A DNA stretch of 64,000 nucleotides. It comes from Calcarisporiella thermophila CBS 279.70. Its lineage: Eukaryota > Fungi > Calcarisporiellomycota. The notes below the pieces were generated by a model. The model ran no database searches. It was not told where the DNA came from and was given only the letters and a program-made list of their open reading frames with translations. Below, piece after piece: positions 1-12,781 of this stretch (its first letter is position 1; each line of letters starts with the position of its first letter). Both the position numbers and the translations under genes were made by a program. The stretch lies in contig NW_027192191.1 in the NCBI RefSeq assembly GCF_041956535.1, positions 433,267-497,266 on the forward strand. Direction: 5' to 3'.

Positions 1-243
1 ATATACTTTGAAAAGTAAAACCATTTCGCTTTTATTAGCCTTTCATCCGTTGTGGAGGGTATTTCACCATCGGGAAAGATGCGCGATAGGCCCACCTAAA
101 TAATATCAGAATAAAAATAATTTTAATATCGTCCCATCGAATAGCATTGGAGAGGCAATACTTTCTTTGAACTGTGAATCATTATCGAAATTATAATTAT
201 CAAATTGTTCAAAAATGGCGGTATCGTTGGCGTGTTGTTCCAT
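1..243 (-). CDS. DUF5572 / PEX39-like protein, 5' part (runs off the window)
   Basis: Not in the ORF track. Exon 243-166 reads MEQHANDTAIFEQFDNYNFDNDSQFK and exon 95-7 reads VGLSRIFPDGEIPSTTDERLIKAKWFYFS, followed by a GT donor at 6. This matches the recalled DUF5572 pattern F.qF..Y.F..D..F..GL...A+.FY. Joining the exons needs a GA-AG intron at 165-96. Confidence 0.7.
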
Positions 244-568
244 TGTATCGAGAACTATTCACCGCCTATTTTTTAATTGCTTATGGGGTGGCGAATTTGT
301 AAATGCTAATTATCACATGAATATCTCTTGTGGATACATGAATACGTGGATACAGCCCTCTAAGGTACTCACGGTAATATAATCGCTGTTCATCTTCGAA
401 AATATATAGGGATAGAAGTGGCAAAATAGATAACACATAAAATATGTAACATTTGCATAAGAGTAAAAAATGAAATTAAGGACGTCTTTCAGGGTGGAAA
501 ATAGAAAATAAAATAGATAAAATAACAAGATAATAAAAAAGTAACAAAATATTTACGCATTAGTGTAG

Positions 569-1560
569 CTAAAGAATCACACAGCATCCTGTATCAGTTG
601 GGTTTGTCCTCGCAAGCTGATTTACAGAGAATGATCAGTGGAACATGGATTACAAGGGAGCCAAAGGGAATATAGCATACCAATGCAGCGCGAGTAGCAT
701 TTTCAAACACATCGTCGACCCCTTCGCCTGTCAGTGCGCTACACTCGAGATATTTCCGAGCACCAATTTGCTGTGCAACCGACTCACCCTAAAACAATCG
801 AATAATTCAATAAGCCACGGTCCCGGCTATGTTAGGACGCACTAATTTCCGTACCTCTCGTTGGCTAACAAAATTCCTGCCCTCCATCTCCTGTATTGCT
901 GCTGGATTCTCGCGGAGATCCTTTTTCAGGCCTACGAGAAGAACGGGTACGTCGGGGCACGCACTATTTACCTCCTCTATCCACTACGAAATTGAAGCAA
1001 AATTTAGTGTTTTCATCACCCTTTGTTCTCTTGACAAATGTTGTCCAACCTTGGTGGTAACATTTTCAAGTGAATCTGGATCGCCTATCGTGAATGCAAT
1101 CAAAATTACATCTGCTCTAGAATATGAGAGAGGCCGAAGTCGCTCGTATTCCTCTTGACCACTGAGAATACCAAAAGATATTAGTTATCATGTAGTCCAA
1201 TGCAATCGTTCTCGCAAAAAATTACGCAGTGTCCCATAGTGCGAGTTGAACAGGCTTTCCATCAATCTTGACGTCAGTAACATAGGTCTCGAAGACGGTT
1301 GGAATCTGTTCGAGGAAAAAAATTGGTTCAAAAACAAATCCAATTAACCTGCAGCATTCGCAACCCTGGTACTCACATATTCCTACAAATTCCGAGGGAA
1401 TTGAAAAATTTAGAGGGGCTAAATAGTAAATACTTGAGGACACACGTGTTTTAATTACCTTTGGGAAATAGCCTAGTGAAAACATCATAAGCAGCGACGT
1501 CTTTCCGCATGCGCCATCTCCTACAATAACTAATTTTCGCTTGATAGGTTCACGACCCAT
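569..1560 (-). CDS. RHO2: Rho-family GTPase, Rho2 type (7 exons)
   Basis: [10 protein letters not shown]-loop; EY|IPTVFE switch I with a 6-nt exon at 1382-1377; [17 protein letters not shown] (Rho2-type); ECSA; C-terminal CCVIL CAAX, stop at 571-569. Confidence 0.92.
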
Positions 1561-2049
1561 TCCGAGGTTAAATTTAATCCTGCGATAGATGCGACGAGAA
1601 AATGAAGAAGAAGGAAAAGATGTAGTGGAAAATGGGATTGGAGTTGAGAGAGCTAGAAGTGTAGAAATGACGAAAATAGACTAGGTTTCGAGTGCTAAAA
1701 AAAACTAGTACAAGTCCAGAAGAGGAAGCTGCTACGCCACACTCACATCATAAGCACCAAGCGAAGAGCGAGCTTGATATGGGGGTAAATGATAATATAT
1801 AGAGAAAGAATGAGAGAAAGAGAGATGAAGAGAAAGGAAGCAGTCAATGCAGCCGGCTGCTTTTAATGTGTATTATTAAGGCTTGGGGATGGTTTTAATA
1901 GTAAAAGAAGGAACGTAAGATTCCGTTCGAGAAAAACCCTTGGCTTCTGCAATGAGACGACTTTGTGTAACACGGCGCAGCAAATTTAGAGAAAAGAGCT
2001 TTGGAAGACAGTATGAGATCCTCCTCTCCTACACTAGTCGGAATATATC

Positions 2050-2703
2050 ATGGTAAGGAGCAACTAAAACTTATGTTGAAATACCCTAGCGAGGTGTGCG
2101 GGTTGGATGGATGGATGGATGGGTGGGAGCTGAAGTAGATCGCAGTTCAGACGGTGGATGGCTGTGTGTTCGTGCATGGAATTAGGATGCGAATTCTCAT
2201 AATCGATCTTGTCATGATTGACTTATCATCCCTTCTACCAAAAATAGGCGGACGAGTACGACGCCCAGCACGCTGCCGAGCTCAAGAAGAAGAGAACCTT
2301 CCGCAAATTCTCTTACCGCGGAGTCGATCTCGATCAGCTCCTGGATCTCTCCAGCGAGCAGCTCATGGATCTTGTGCACGCTCGTGCCAGACGCCGCTTC
2401 CAGCGTGGATTAAAGCGCAAGCCTATGGGCCTCATCAAGAAGCTTCGCAAGGCCAAGAAGGAGGCACTTCCTAATGAAAAGCCTGCAGTCGTGAAAACTC
2501 ACTTGCGTAATATGATTATTGTTCCTGAGATGATTGGATCCGTTGTCGGCATCTACAACGGCAAGACTTTTAACCAGGTGGAAATTAAGCCCGAGATGGT
2601 TGGCCACTATCTGGCCGAATTCTCGATCACCTACAAGCCCGTCAAACACGGTCGCCCGGGTATTGGTGCCACCCACAGCTCTAGGTTCATTCCGCTCAAG
2701 TAG
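2050..2703 (+). CDS. RPS15: 40S ribosomal protein S15 (uS19)
   Basis: ATG-only exon 2050-2052, GT-AG intron 2053-2247, then [25 protein letters not shown]...[19 protein letters not shown]. Confidence 0.98.
2105..2122 (+). repeat. (GGAT)4 microsatellite in the RPS15 intron
   Basis: ggatggatggatggatgg seen directly. Confidence 0.8.
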
Positions 2704-2896
2704 ACGTAGTTTGTCATAATAAAACGCTTGTGAATATACATTTCAATTGCTCCGCTTTCTGTATCATCTTATTTTATTGAGAATCTGGAAAGCAGATAGA
2801 TTCATTCAAAGAAGAAAGAGCAAAATTGTCATAGAGTGCCCTGTGTCTAAAAGGGAATGTGGAAAGAAAAAGAAAGAAGAATCGCACTGAGAGGCC

Positions 2897-3647
2897 TTAG
2901 GCGGTAATTTTATTCCTCAGCCATTCTTTCCACTGGTATATTTCCCATGAACTCGACACACTATCATCCCGGATGCCGTCCCAGAGGACGGTTGGCGATA
3001 CATGGATTCCATTCTGACGCCCTAGCCTTATCTGCAGTTTGAGATCAGCCGTGATTTTGTTGCCGATATTTCGCGGTTCACCTGTGGGTACGCTCACAAG
3101 CCCTAAGAAAGTTTCTCCGCTGACTCCCACCGAAGCAGCAAGATCAGCAAGCCTGCCGTAGATCTCGTGCCGAGACTGGAAATAAGTAGCCTCGTCAAAA
3201 TATTCCCTTTGCCGCTGGAAAAGAGCTCGAGCAAATGGAATGAACTTGGAAGGATCGATGCGCTCAACTGCTATGGCGGCCTAAATGGAAAAATCTGCGA
3301 TAAAGCCAAAAAAAAAATCTAGTTTGTGGTGCTAAAGGAGCTTATATACCTCATGCACCAAGGTTGAATTGGGATGCCACGGCTGGACTTGCTGTCTAAA
3401 TACAAATTTCACCTTACCATGGTGTTCCTTTTCTAGATAAGGCAGCACTTCCTACAGAGAGAGGGGAGGCAGACAGGCAATTAACACGTGGATGTTGAGA
3501 AAACGCGAAACATAATGAACTAACATCATAGAATTTCGTGAAAAATTTGGCAGAGAAGGGACAAACAAAGTCCAAATACGCCTCAATGGTATGGGCCGCG
3601 TTGGCGGACCCAAGGGTATGTCCAGCAAACTGGGGTGCTAAAGCCAT
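2897..3647 (-). CDS. DsbA-like thioredoxin-fold protein (3 exons)
   Basis: YLDFVCPFSAK (CxxS), FRQQVQPWHP, GN.ITADLK..IRLGRQNGIHVSPTV.WDG and SSSW...W are typical of a conserved fungal thioredoxin-like family; canonical introns. Confidence 0.85.
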
Positions 3648-4415
3648 AATGTCCTTCGATGAATTGTTTTATTAAAAAAAGCCGAGTCTTCGAATGTGAG
3701 GAACTCGAGGGTGTGGCAAGAGAATTTATGTAGCATGCCTCCATCACGAAAAAAAGAATCTCCGTGACGCCATCCATAAATTTTAGTTTGATCCATTGGT
3801 CATGGCCGCTAAATCTTTGCCAAGAGGCCAGTACTTTGCAATCTTTCATCCTTCTGGTCTGAAGCCAGGCAGAAGCATATGAACTTTTAGCGATCTCTTA
3901 ATCTCACTTGAGGCAAAAAGAAAAAAAGTGCTATCCTAATCGCTCACAAATTTATGGACTGCGAGTCTCAAAAGACCTGATGGGAATATTGTCTCGACCC
4001 TTAAATAATATGACTCTTGGTTTTTGATCGGCATCTGGACCGGCTGCCCACAAGAGCAGTATAGCACCCGTAATTATGGAATCTCCTCTCGTAGGTGACC
4101 AATTCATGCGTGATTTTTTATACCTATCGGTACAGATCTGAACGAGTAACTTTAATGCCAGGTCGAGAATAAAATTTTTCACATAGTTCAGGCTCGGTGG
4201 TGACTATAAGAGGGAATTGGTAGCCTACAACGGTTGCAATCAAAAGGATCAATATATATACGTGTCGGTTTATTTTTTTTTATTTAGCTTGGTAATAAAA
4301 CAGTAAACACTGTTTTCTTTTGACTTTATATCAAACTGATCCCTTGCTCCTTGCCATAGATCTATTACACACGCCAAAAATGTACTACATCTAACCCATT
4401 TAATAGTATACCACC

Positions 4416-5987
4416 ATGATGCTTTTCGAAAAGAGCTTCTTTTCCTATTTTATTCTATTTACTTTTCTCCTCCCCGTCACTGCCTTTCCCTCTCACGATT
4501 CACAATGGAAAAACTCTCCTGGTAGAGAGCACGCACAACTTAAAGGAAGATACATTGTTCGGCTGAAACAGGGCACGTCCGTCGCCAGCAGTACGTTCTG
4601 CATTGAAGTTCAATACTCCGTCCCCCTCTCTTTTTCCCACTAATTCTCCCTTTACATCGTTTAGTTCAAGAGGACCTCTTCTCCTTGGATGCATCCTTAA
4701 AGGCCGCAGAAGCACAAAATTGTACCCATGAATCCGGCGTGGTCCAAACCATCACCATCGACGACTTCCATGCGGTTGTTCTGCAGAGCTGTCACTCCAA
4801 CGCCCGCGATATTTTGGAGTCACGACCAGACGTCGAATGGGTAGAGCCGGATCAGCCTATATGGTCGGCCTTCTGTCCCGGCCACGAAGTCGAGCATGAA
4901 AATGAAGCCGGGTCATCGCAGCAGAGAAAGGGCGGAGTCTGTGGCAAGGATGATGGCAATCGACGACCCAATGTCGTAACCCAGCAAAATCCAAGATCGT
5001 ATGGATTGATCCGTATTTCACAGAGAAGGCGTGATTATTCGCAGCCATACCGGTATCCGGCCACCGCAGGGTAAAGTATCGGCTTGGCTCGTTTCCTTTA
5101 TGTAATTGCTAATCAGGGATGCTCATTGCCTTCGCCGCCGTGTTTAGTGAGGGGGTCGACGTTTATGTGCTGGATACCGGCGTATTTGTTGGCCATCGAG
5201 ACCTCTCTGGTCGGGCCTACTATGGCGCCAACTTTGTTTCTGAGTCCTCTGATGACCTGGCCGGTCACGGCACCCACATTGCTTGTATCATTGCGGGCAC
5301 TCAGTTCGGCGTCGCAAAAAAAGCCCACATTTACAGCGTTAAGATTCTCAATCGCTTTGGGGCCGGGGCTATCTCCGGGCTTATTGCAGGCGTCAACTGG
5401 GTGGCGAACCACCACTGGAGAAGCCGCAAAAGCGTCGTGAACTTGTCGCTCATCGGGCCAAAAAGTAAGGCTATTGAAGACGCGCTGGGATCGCTGGTCA
5501 AACGAGGAGTGAATATTGTGGTTGCAGCGGGAAACGAAATGGCGGATGCGTGCGAAGCCTCTCCTAGTGGAGAACCCGCCGTCCTCACAGTAGGCGCGAC
5601 AAACAAATTCGACCAACTAGCCGAGTTCTCTAGCTCTGGGAGGTGCGTCGATGTCTATGCTCCTGGGGTGAATATTCTGAGCTGTGGGGTGGAGAGTCCC
5701 TCCGCAACCAGTTTGAAGAATGGAACAAGGTGAGTTGCATAATTTTTTGTACTTTCATTCGATTGGCATGACAAATGATCCCCTCCTTCTCCTCCTTCCT
5801 CCGCCCAACCAGCTTTAGCGCCCCCTTTGTCTCGGGAATTGCCGCCCTCTATCTCTCTCAGAGAGATTTCTCAAGACCTGGAGAACTCTACAAAACAATC
5901 AAGAACAGTGCAACGCAAAACGCCATTGACCTCACCGTGGCCGAGGAAGGATCCAATAATTTGCTAGCCTACAACTGGCTCAAATAA
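4416..5987 (+). CDS. Secreted subtilisin-like serine protease (S8A, proteinase K-like) with I9 propeptide (4 exons)
   Basis: Signal peptide; prodomain GRYIV.LK...VEWVEPDQ; Asp in VYVLDTG, His in GHGTHIA, oxyanion AAGN, Ser in NGT|SFSAP spliced across intron 5730-5812. Confidence 0.93.
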
Positions 5988-6337
5988 ACCGATCGCTGCC
6001 GCAACTGAATCCCACGAACTTTTTTTTGCTTCTATTTCAATCAGTTTAATGCTATCATATTCAGTAAATAACCCTGTAAATATTCCTTTTATTCCGGTAA
6101 CCTTTCGTTAATATTATAGTGAATAAATCTAATTCTTCATGAATTCAGGATTTTATTTGGTCATTTAAATATGCATATTTACAAAAGGCAGCTCTCCGGT
6201 CGAGAGTACATAAATTGCAAGGAGACAGAGACTTAGTAGGAGAATGCTTTGGGCCCTTTCTGATCAGTGAAAAAAAAAATAGAAGGATCGCCCAGAATGG
6301 CGATGAGTGATTCTGCTGGGTCAAATACGTGTGCTTG

Positions 6338-9300
6338 TTAGATTCGATCCTCGCCGTCATACAGCGCAGATAGCTTCAATCTTTTTTTGCCAAAGCTCTG
6401 CAGTCCTCTTCCTTGGGTCATGTCCGTGAGACTTCCATGCTTCACTATTTTCTTCGGGTCCACTTCATAGTATAGAATTCGACGCGGAAACCAATCCGCT
6501 CTCTTTCGCTCGCTCCTCGTCAACCAAAATCGCTCTAGCTCTGCAATTTCTCGGGCGTAGTGAACAAGCCATCTTTCAAGACCCGCCTGGGAGGTACGTG
6601 CATCGTTGATAAGAGTTGCTAGGAGATGCACGGCCAATAGGACCGCAAGAAGCAAATAAATAATCAGAAGAACTTCTATCGTGCGACGAAGCGTGTATAA
6701 ATCGGAAGAAGTTGCGGATAAGAGGTGCTTGAAGGGATGCGGATACACTGTTTGAAAGAGTTGCTGTGAAGATGTCTGCGGGAAAGAGAAAGGAGAATCG
6801 GGTTGGTAGTAGGGTGAGAGGGTTGAGAAGTCACCTCCGAGGAATAGACACACTGATTTCAAACTGGAACCGAGCTGGCTGAAGGGAGGGATGGAGGGAT
6901 CAGAGAGCTGCGGGGAGTTAGGGACCATGCTGGAAGCCAGACCATCAGGCAAGTTGGTCGGCGTTACGGTGGTGGTAGCAGTGGCTGTGGTAGTGCTTGT
7001 TGCAGTCAGAGTCCTGGTCGAGGTAGTTTTCTTTGCGAAATCGAAGTCAGGTAGTGTAAACATTAGAGGCATTTCGTTGTACCCTGACAGCTCGATTTGC
7101 CCGAGGATGTCACTCGACTGGTCCTCAAGCCTGAATCGTACTGTTCCATTGAGTGAGACCGGGATATAACTCACGGATAATGCTTCCGGCTGTTGGGATG
7201 AGATACTAATTTGTGAAGGCGAAGGTATCGGCTCCCCTACATCGAGCAAGTTACTCTGAGCTGAAGAAGAAGGGTTCGGGAGAGGAAAATCACGCAACAG
7301 CAGATAAAAGGCATGGGCAAAAGCAAAAACGAGAACGGCAAGTACAAGGAAAAAGACTAGGATCCGACGAAAGACTTGCTCTGCATGGTAGAAGAAGATG
7401 CCGACCGCTCTGAAAATGCATAACTGGGCCAGCTGTGAGGATTAAGAGCGGAGAGTGAGCAGAGCAGGGAAACAAGGATGGAGGTAAAAACTCACCAAAT
7501 TGGCCCACATCAGCAATACGCTCACACTCACCAAAACCTGGCTCACATCCGCTCGATCGACAAGAGTCCATATCGCGACCGCGATTGGAAGCGCGATCAG
7601 CCCTATCCACCGAAGCCAATTCCCTAACATTAGAACATAGCATTCGCCCCGAAGCACAATAAATCTCCTGACTTCTTGTATCAGCAAAAGAGCTGCGAGA
7701 CCAAGCACGCATCCCATCAATGCCCATCGCACGGTGGTAAGCTCAGGTGAGACGGGTAACGACACAGCAATGAGGAAGAGCGCAAGGTAGATTAATCTTA
7801 ACGTCCACGCGAACCAATAGCGACTGCGGGCAAATTGATTCCACTTGTAGCTCAGAATGGGTTCCACCGCCCCTGGATGGCGAAATATCACCCGAGAGCG
7901 CTTAAGAGGAGCCAGGGCAAGTCGAACAAAGAGGCTGGTGGAGCGCATCGGTGGGCTCTTTTCTGGAAAAACTCGGGCTGCATTTGATGGGGGATTTACG
8001 CCTGCCTCAAGGTGCTCAACGGTGATGTTGGTCGCCTGCTTAGGCTGGCTCGCGACATCAGAGTCAGTGCCTTGCATGCCATGGCTGGAGTAATCAAGAA
8101 AATAAGGGAGAGGTACCATGCACAGTAATGCAGGATGGGTCGGCTCTTCGCCCGTATTTTTCGCGCTAGTAGCCGCATTCCACTTCCTCCTCTCCTTTTC
8201 ACAACGCCTAGATTGAACCCCCAGGGTTTGCAGTCGGGTGTTGATACAAAAGGTACGGCCCCTTGACTCGTGTGACCTATCATAGACTCCCGGCACAATG
8301 GTTGTGGGAAGGAGCTCAAGCGGATGCTCCCAGATGGATGGGGCATAATAAGAGAGATGTTCCGCAAACACGCGATCGACATAGTCTGGGTAGACCTGCA
8401 CGAGCAACGGCAAAGCGGCAACAAAAGTCGTCAGGTATCCCGAGTGCCACCGCCCTTGGCTCATCATATGCTCGAGAAGGGTCCACAGGATGGCCGATTT
8501 GCGACGATGGGTCGCTAGTGTGAGAGCCGACTCGCACTCCATCTCGCACCCAGTCCCAGTGTTCGCGACTTGCCGCCGGAAAAACGCGGGCACATAGTGG
8601 GGTCCCTGGCGCAGGAGCTCCGCTATCACATCGTCCCAGTCGGCGAGGATCCACTCCCGCATGGGGAAAACGCCATCCGGCATCACCGAAAACACCGTCG
8701 GGTAGGCGGTGATGCCGGCGAGAAGGATATGCTTTAGGTCCTCGGGCATGGCGCGGGCAATTTCTTCTTGTTCAGCTCTACTTGCAATGGCACTCGCCTC
8801 CACCACCACCCTGCGCTGATTATTCTCCATGTTCCACCGATGCCGGATGAGCCGGAGCGCAGCGCACCCGTCCTGTAAAATCCGGACCGAGTGGGTCTCC
8901 TCTCTCGTTGGCAACCGCACAATAATATCGTGCGGGTTCTCCTGGCTACTGAGCTTCACGTAAACATTGTGGCAGCCCACGTCCTCGTTCTCCTTGTCGA
9001 TCCACACCTGCTTGATGGTTTGATAGAGCCCTTGGCTGCTTTCTGTGGCGGGCAACTGAGGCGTGGTCCATATGTACTGCAGGCGCACTGAGGGTGAAAA
9101 GAACCAGATTTGAAGGGAATGGATTCCGACGATCAGAACGCGATGTGTGTCCAGGAAGTAGGCACAGAGGTTGGGATCGGCGCGAAAGGGGAGCCAGGGC
9201 TCGGGCGAGATAACCCGCGCGCTGCTGGAGAAATATAGGCGGTGGTTTGGCTGGAGTATACTAGTGAGCTGAACGCGCCCATCTCGCGAGGTGAAGGTGG

Positions 9301-11317
9301 AGCCCGGAAGCAGCCGTACGGCGGACGGAGGGGTGACGTTGGGGGAAACAGAGTGAGCCCGAAGGGTGGTGCCCGTATTCTCCAAGAACCAACCCTCCCC
9401 TTGGGGCGAGAGGCGAAGTTGCGGAAGAGTATGTCTGGCCTGCACAAGGGGATGCTCATAGGTGTGCACGAGACTACAAGAATGCGGGTCCCATATCCGC
9501 GTGATGGTCTCTCCGAGATTATTCCGTCCAAGGGTCACCAGTTTCTCTTGCTGGAGAGGATGGTGTTTATACGGCCGCTGATGCGGCGGGTACTGGCGCT
9601 GACGCTGATGATGGGGGGCGCTGGGAAGAAAGGCCACGCAGTCCACCGTGCCATCACTGACCACAGTGCTTGCGAGAGGTAGACCGTTTTCCAAAAGGAA
9701 GACGGTTAATCTGGGCTCCACCCTGGCCTTTGAGCCGGACGCACTCGCCGAATAAATGGCCAGAAATCGATGGTCGTTGGATATGGCGGCTCGGAGCAGC
9801 ACATCATGCACCATGCCTTGCTTGGTGAGCCCATAAACTCCCTGGTCCTCGTCGCTCGCCTCGTATGTGGACCGGCGCTTTTGGGCAGCCGCCATTTGCT
9901 CAGGCGTGCGCTGAAACGGCAGTGGAAAGTAGGAAGAGGGGGGCAGCACGGGGAGCATGAACCTCCTTTCCAACTCCCCCGTTCGGATATCCCACAAGCC
10001 GATGCTCCCGTAGGGCTCCAGCCATCCGAGATATCCCGAGGGGAGAAGGCTCAGGGCCAGTCGGAGCTGCTCGAGTCCGTCGTGGCCGGCACCTATGGTG
10101 GTGGAGAGCAAGTCCATCCGGATGGTGTGCAGAGTGGCCCAGCTCATCGTGCAGAAAATGGTTAGCTCGATGCCATCGCACACGGCAAGCCGATACCCAG
10201 GAAGAAACTCGGGTATTCCACATCGGGGTAACGAGGGCGCTCGGACGACCTCATTGGATGGGGCCGAGATGACCAGAAAGGAGGCGTCTTCCAGCGCGGG
10301 AATAAGGGCAGGGGAGCGGGGGGAGGGGGTGGACGCGGCGAAGGAGTCGTGGGCCGATTTGGCAAGGGAGTCGAGTTGATGTCTCTGCTGGTACATCTGG
10401 TGCATCTTGGTGTCCACCAAGAAGGCCGTGGAGATGGCTACATATTGTCCCTGGTTGGATACGGAGAGAAAGACGTCGACCTGGGACTGAGCAAATTGAT
10501 CGAGGGATTTCTGAGCCAACAGCTCGTTTGTCAGGCAAGTGCGTTGGACCAGGCGGGGCTCGAGTTTAGAGCTGGCTGTCTGATACTGCCACAACATCAC
10601 CATTCCATCCACGCGGCTAAGGGTCGCTACCGTTTTTCCTGTGGGGATAGAGATGTTAATTTAGCCGAGAGCAGGAAAAGTAGAGGACGGAGTGGAACAT
10701 CGGCTACCGTCAGGAGAAATGGCGGCCAAGTCCATTATCTGCCGAACAGCATTGGGGTCGATGGGGGTGGCGGGCCCTTCACGCAAGCCGTCGGAGGAGG
10801 CGCGGGAGATGGGTCGTTGGGGGGAGGCGGTCGACTGGGTCACGCTTGGTTGCTGCGAGTTGGCGTCCGGAGTCTGAATTCGTGCCGCGCCTCTTCGGCT
10901 TGCGATCAAGGCGTGCTGTAGAGGGGTGAAGCTGTGGCGGATATCGCTCAGGGTGCTGGTGATGCTCAACTTGCGCTGGGACGTCGACCCATGTGCGGGC
11001 CGCGGATGGTCAGCGGAGTGCCGTTTCAGACTCTTCTTTTTCTGTTCCGGTGACATGATCCCATCCGAGGCTTGCACCACCGCAGACTGGGTTGAGTCTC
11101 GAGCAGGGTGGCTGGACTCTGCGAAAGAGGTGGGCCGGTGCTGGACTACGGGAGAGGGCGAGGTCCCCGCGGCAGTCGATTCCGAGGAGGTGATCCCAAA
11201 AGTGGAGCGCCTGACCTCGGCCATACCCTCCTCATGGCTTGCAGCGGTCGTGAACGAGTTCATTGGGCTGACGGAGCCAGGTCTCTGCTCCATGATTGAG
11301 TGGTCGTCGTTCTCCAT
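6338..11317 (-). CDS. ~1600-aa TRP-like cation channel with N-terminal WD40-like region (3 exons)
   Basis: Exons ~11317-10708, 10639-7496 and 7432-6338 join in frame. AISPDG|KTVATLS and AISNDHRFLAI look like beta-propeller blades. Also pre-S1 PILSYKWNQFAR, S1-S4 hydrophobic helices, S5 VFAFAHAFYLLLR, S6, and a TRP-box-like W...AREIAELERFWL....R....WFP..I.Y. Confidence 0.8.
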
Positions 11318-12181
11318 TCTTTCACTACATAGGAAGTGGGGGGGGGGGGGAGATAGAAAAGTTCGGCTAAAGCGGTAGAAGCGAAAGTGAAGCTACAATA
11401 TTAGGAGGATTTTTCCTCCAGGCTTATTTTGGCCTACATCTATAACAAGGCCTCCGCGATTTAGCTCAGGTCCTAGTGACCTCGATTTAATATCACGAAA
11501 TGACCATTTCGCAAGAAATAATCGCCGAGCCGGCAGGGAAAAATTGGGCGACTCAATTTCCCCATTTTTACTTTTCATCAGCCTCCAACGTAATACAAGC
11601 TTGCTCACGTAAGGAGGGAGGGGGGAGGTGCCAGGTGAATTGAGCAAGGAGTTCTGTGCAAAGTAACGAAAAAAAGCTCCCGAGACGAGCGATAATAAAA
11701 GGCCGATCTTCCTTATGCAACGAATTGACAAAAAAGAACGACAGCACCATCGAACACATAACGAGACACGCATAGCATTCTGTTCCGGTATAAGGATCTT
11801 GTTCTTTTCAAAATGGCTCGGGTCCCATAGGAAATACGTTTTGATCCTCTTCGCGTATACATTCTCTAAGAGAGGCTTGATTCCCATATTTGCGCCATCC
11901 ACTAGCCGTGTCTCTTCTAAACAGCCCAACCTTCCGCATAATTATTTTAGCACTTTCTTTAACAGGAGAATCCCATAGTATCCACTCACATACTGGAGCG
12001 GATACAACATAGTAATGCTAAAGGGTGAGTCATTTTCTCGCTAAAATACGCACTCCAGTGATTTAGTTAAGATAAGCATCATAAAATACATTGAAATAAT
12101 AAGGGGACATTTTACACGAATGAGCTACAAGACAGAAAAAAAAAAGCAAGGCCAATGGATTAGACATCCAAGTCTCCTCAT

Positions 12182-12781
12182 CTACCACTGCCGCTGCAAG
12201 CTTAGCACCTCCCACAACATTCGAAAATCGCCCATGAGGGAGTAGATGGGCATCTTGAAGGTGGCCGGTTTACTATGCATAAGAAGAGGGAGGCGGGTAA
12301 GTTACAAGCACTGCTTCACTCTCCTATTTTCCAACGGTTACTTTTTCTCGAATAGGAAATGGCCGACCCAGGCAAAGAAATAGGCTAGATGGATGCAGAG
12401 CAAAAACAAATCATTAACATTGCCATGGATGCTCGTGTGCTTTATTAGCGCATCGCCGCACATTAGTTCACTCCTTACCTTGTATGGGACCGAGTGGAAT
12501 GTATTCGTATTTCTTTTTAGCGAAGGCGTACAAAAGAATCCAGAACAAATTCATCGTGCCTAAGCAAAATCATGGCTGCGTTAGAGAGCTATTTTTAACC
12601 AGCATCCGGAGGGATGCAAGGATTGCTGGGGGAGCGCGTACGCACCAAAGAGGTGTAGCCGGCGACAGATCTTGTTGGAGTGTTCCCCAAGATAATACGG
12701 GTAGAACTCGGAGAAACTTTTGAATTCCCTGAAAGGCTGTGGGGTATACGTGGGGTTAGCTATCTGCTTGTTGATCGCCAT
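12182..12781 (-). CDS. DUF962 / Mpo1-like small membrane protein (4 exons)
   Basis: FSEFYPYYLGEHSNKICRRLHLFG, YFFAWVGHFLFEKNKPATFK.PIYSLMGDFRM. Confidence 0.9.

Noticed and set aside
266-393. Possible upstream exon MNSDYIT|GTGAGT for the PEX39-like gene
   Set aside because: Splicing to the AG at 267-266 is out of frame with the ATG at 243; at most a uORF or leader intron.
2053-2247. Intronic snoRNA in the long RPS15 intron
   Set aside because: No convincing C/D or H/ACA box arrangement.
7290-7440. Apparent frameshift in the TRP S4-S5 region
   Set aside because: Intron 7495-7433 restores a continuous frame (RRILVFFLVLAVLVFAFAHAF).
11393-11929. 178-aa ORF upstream of the TRP gene
   Set aside because: Non-ATG start, no motifs, and it lies in probable promoter/5' UTR.
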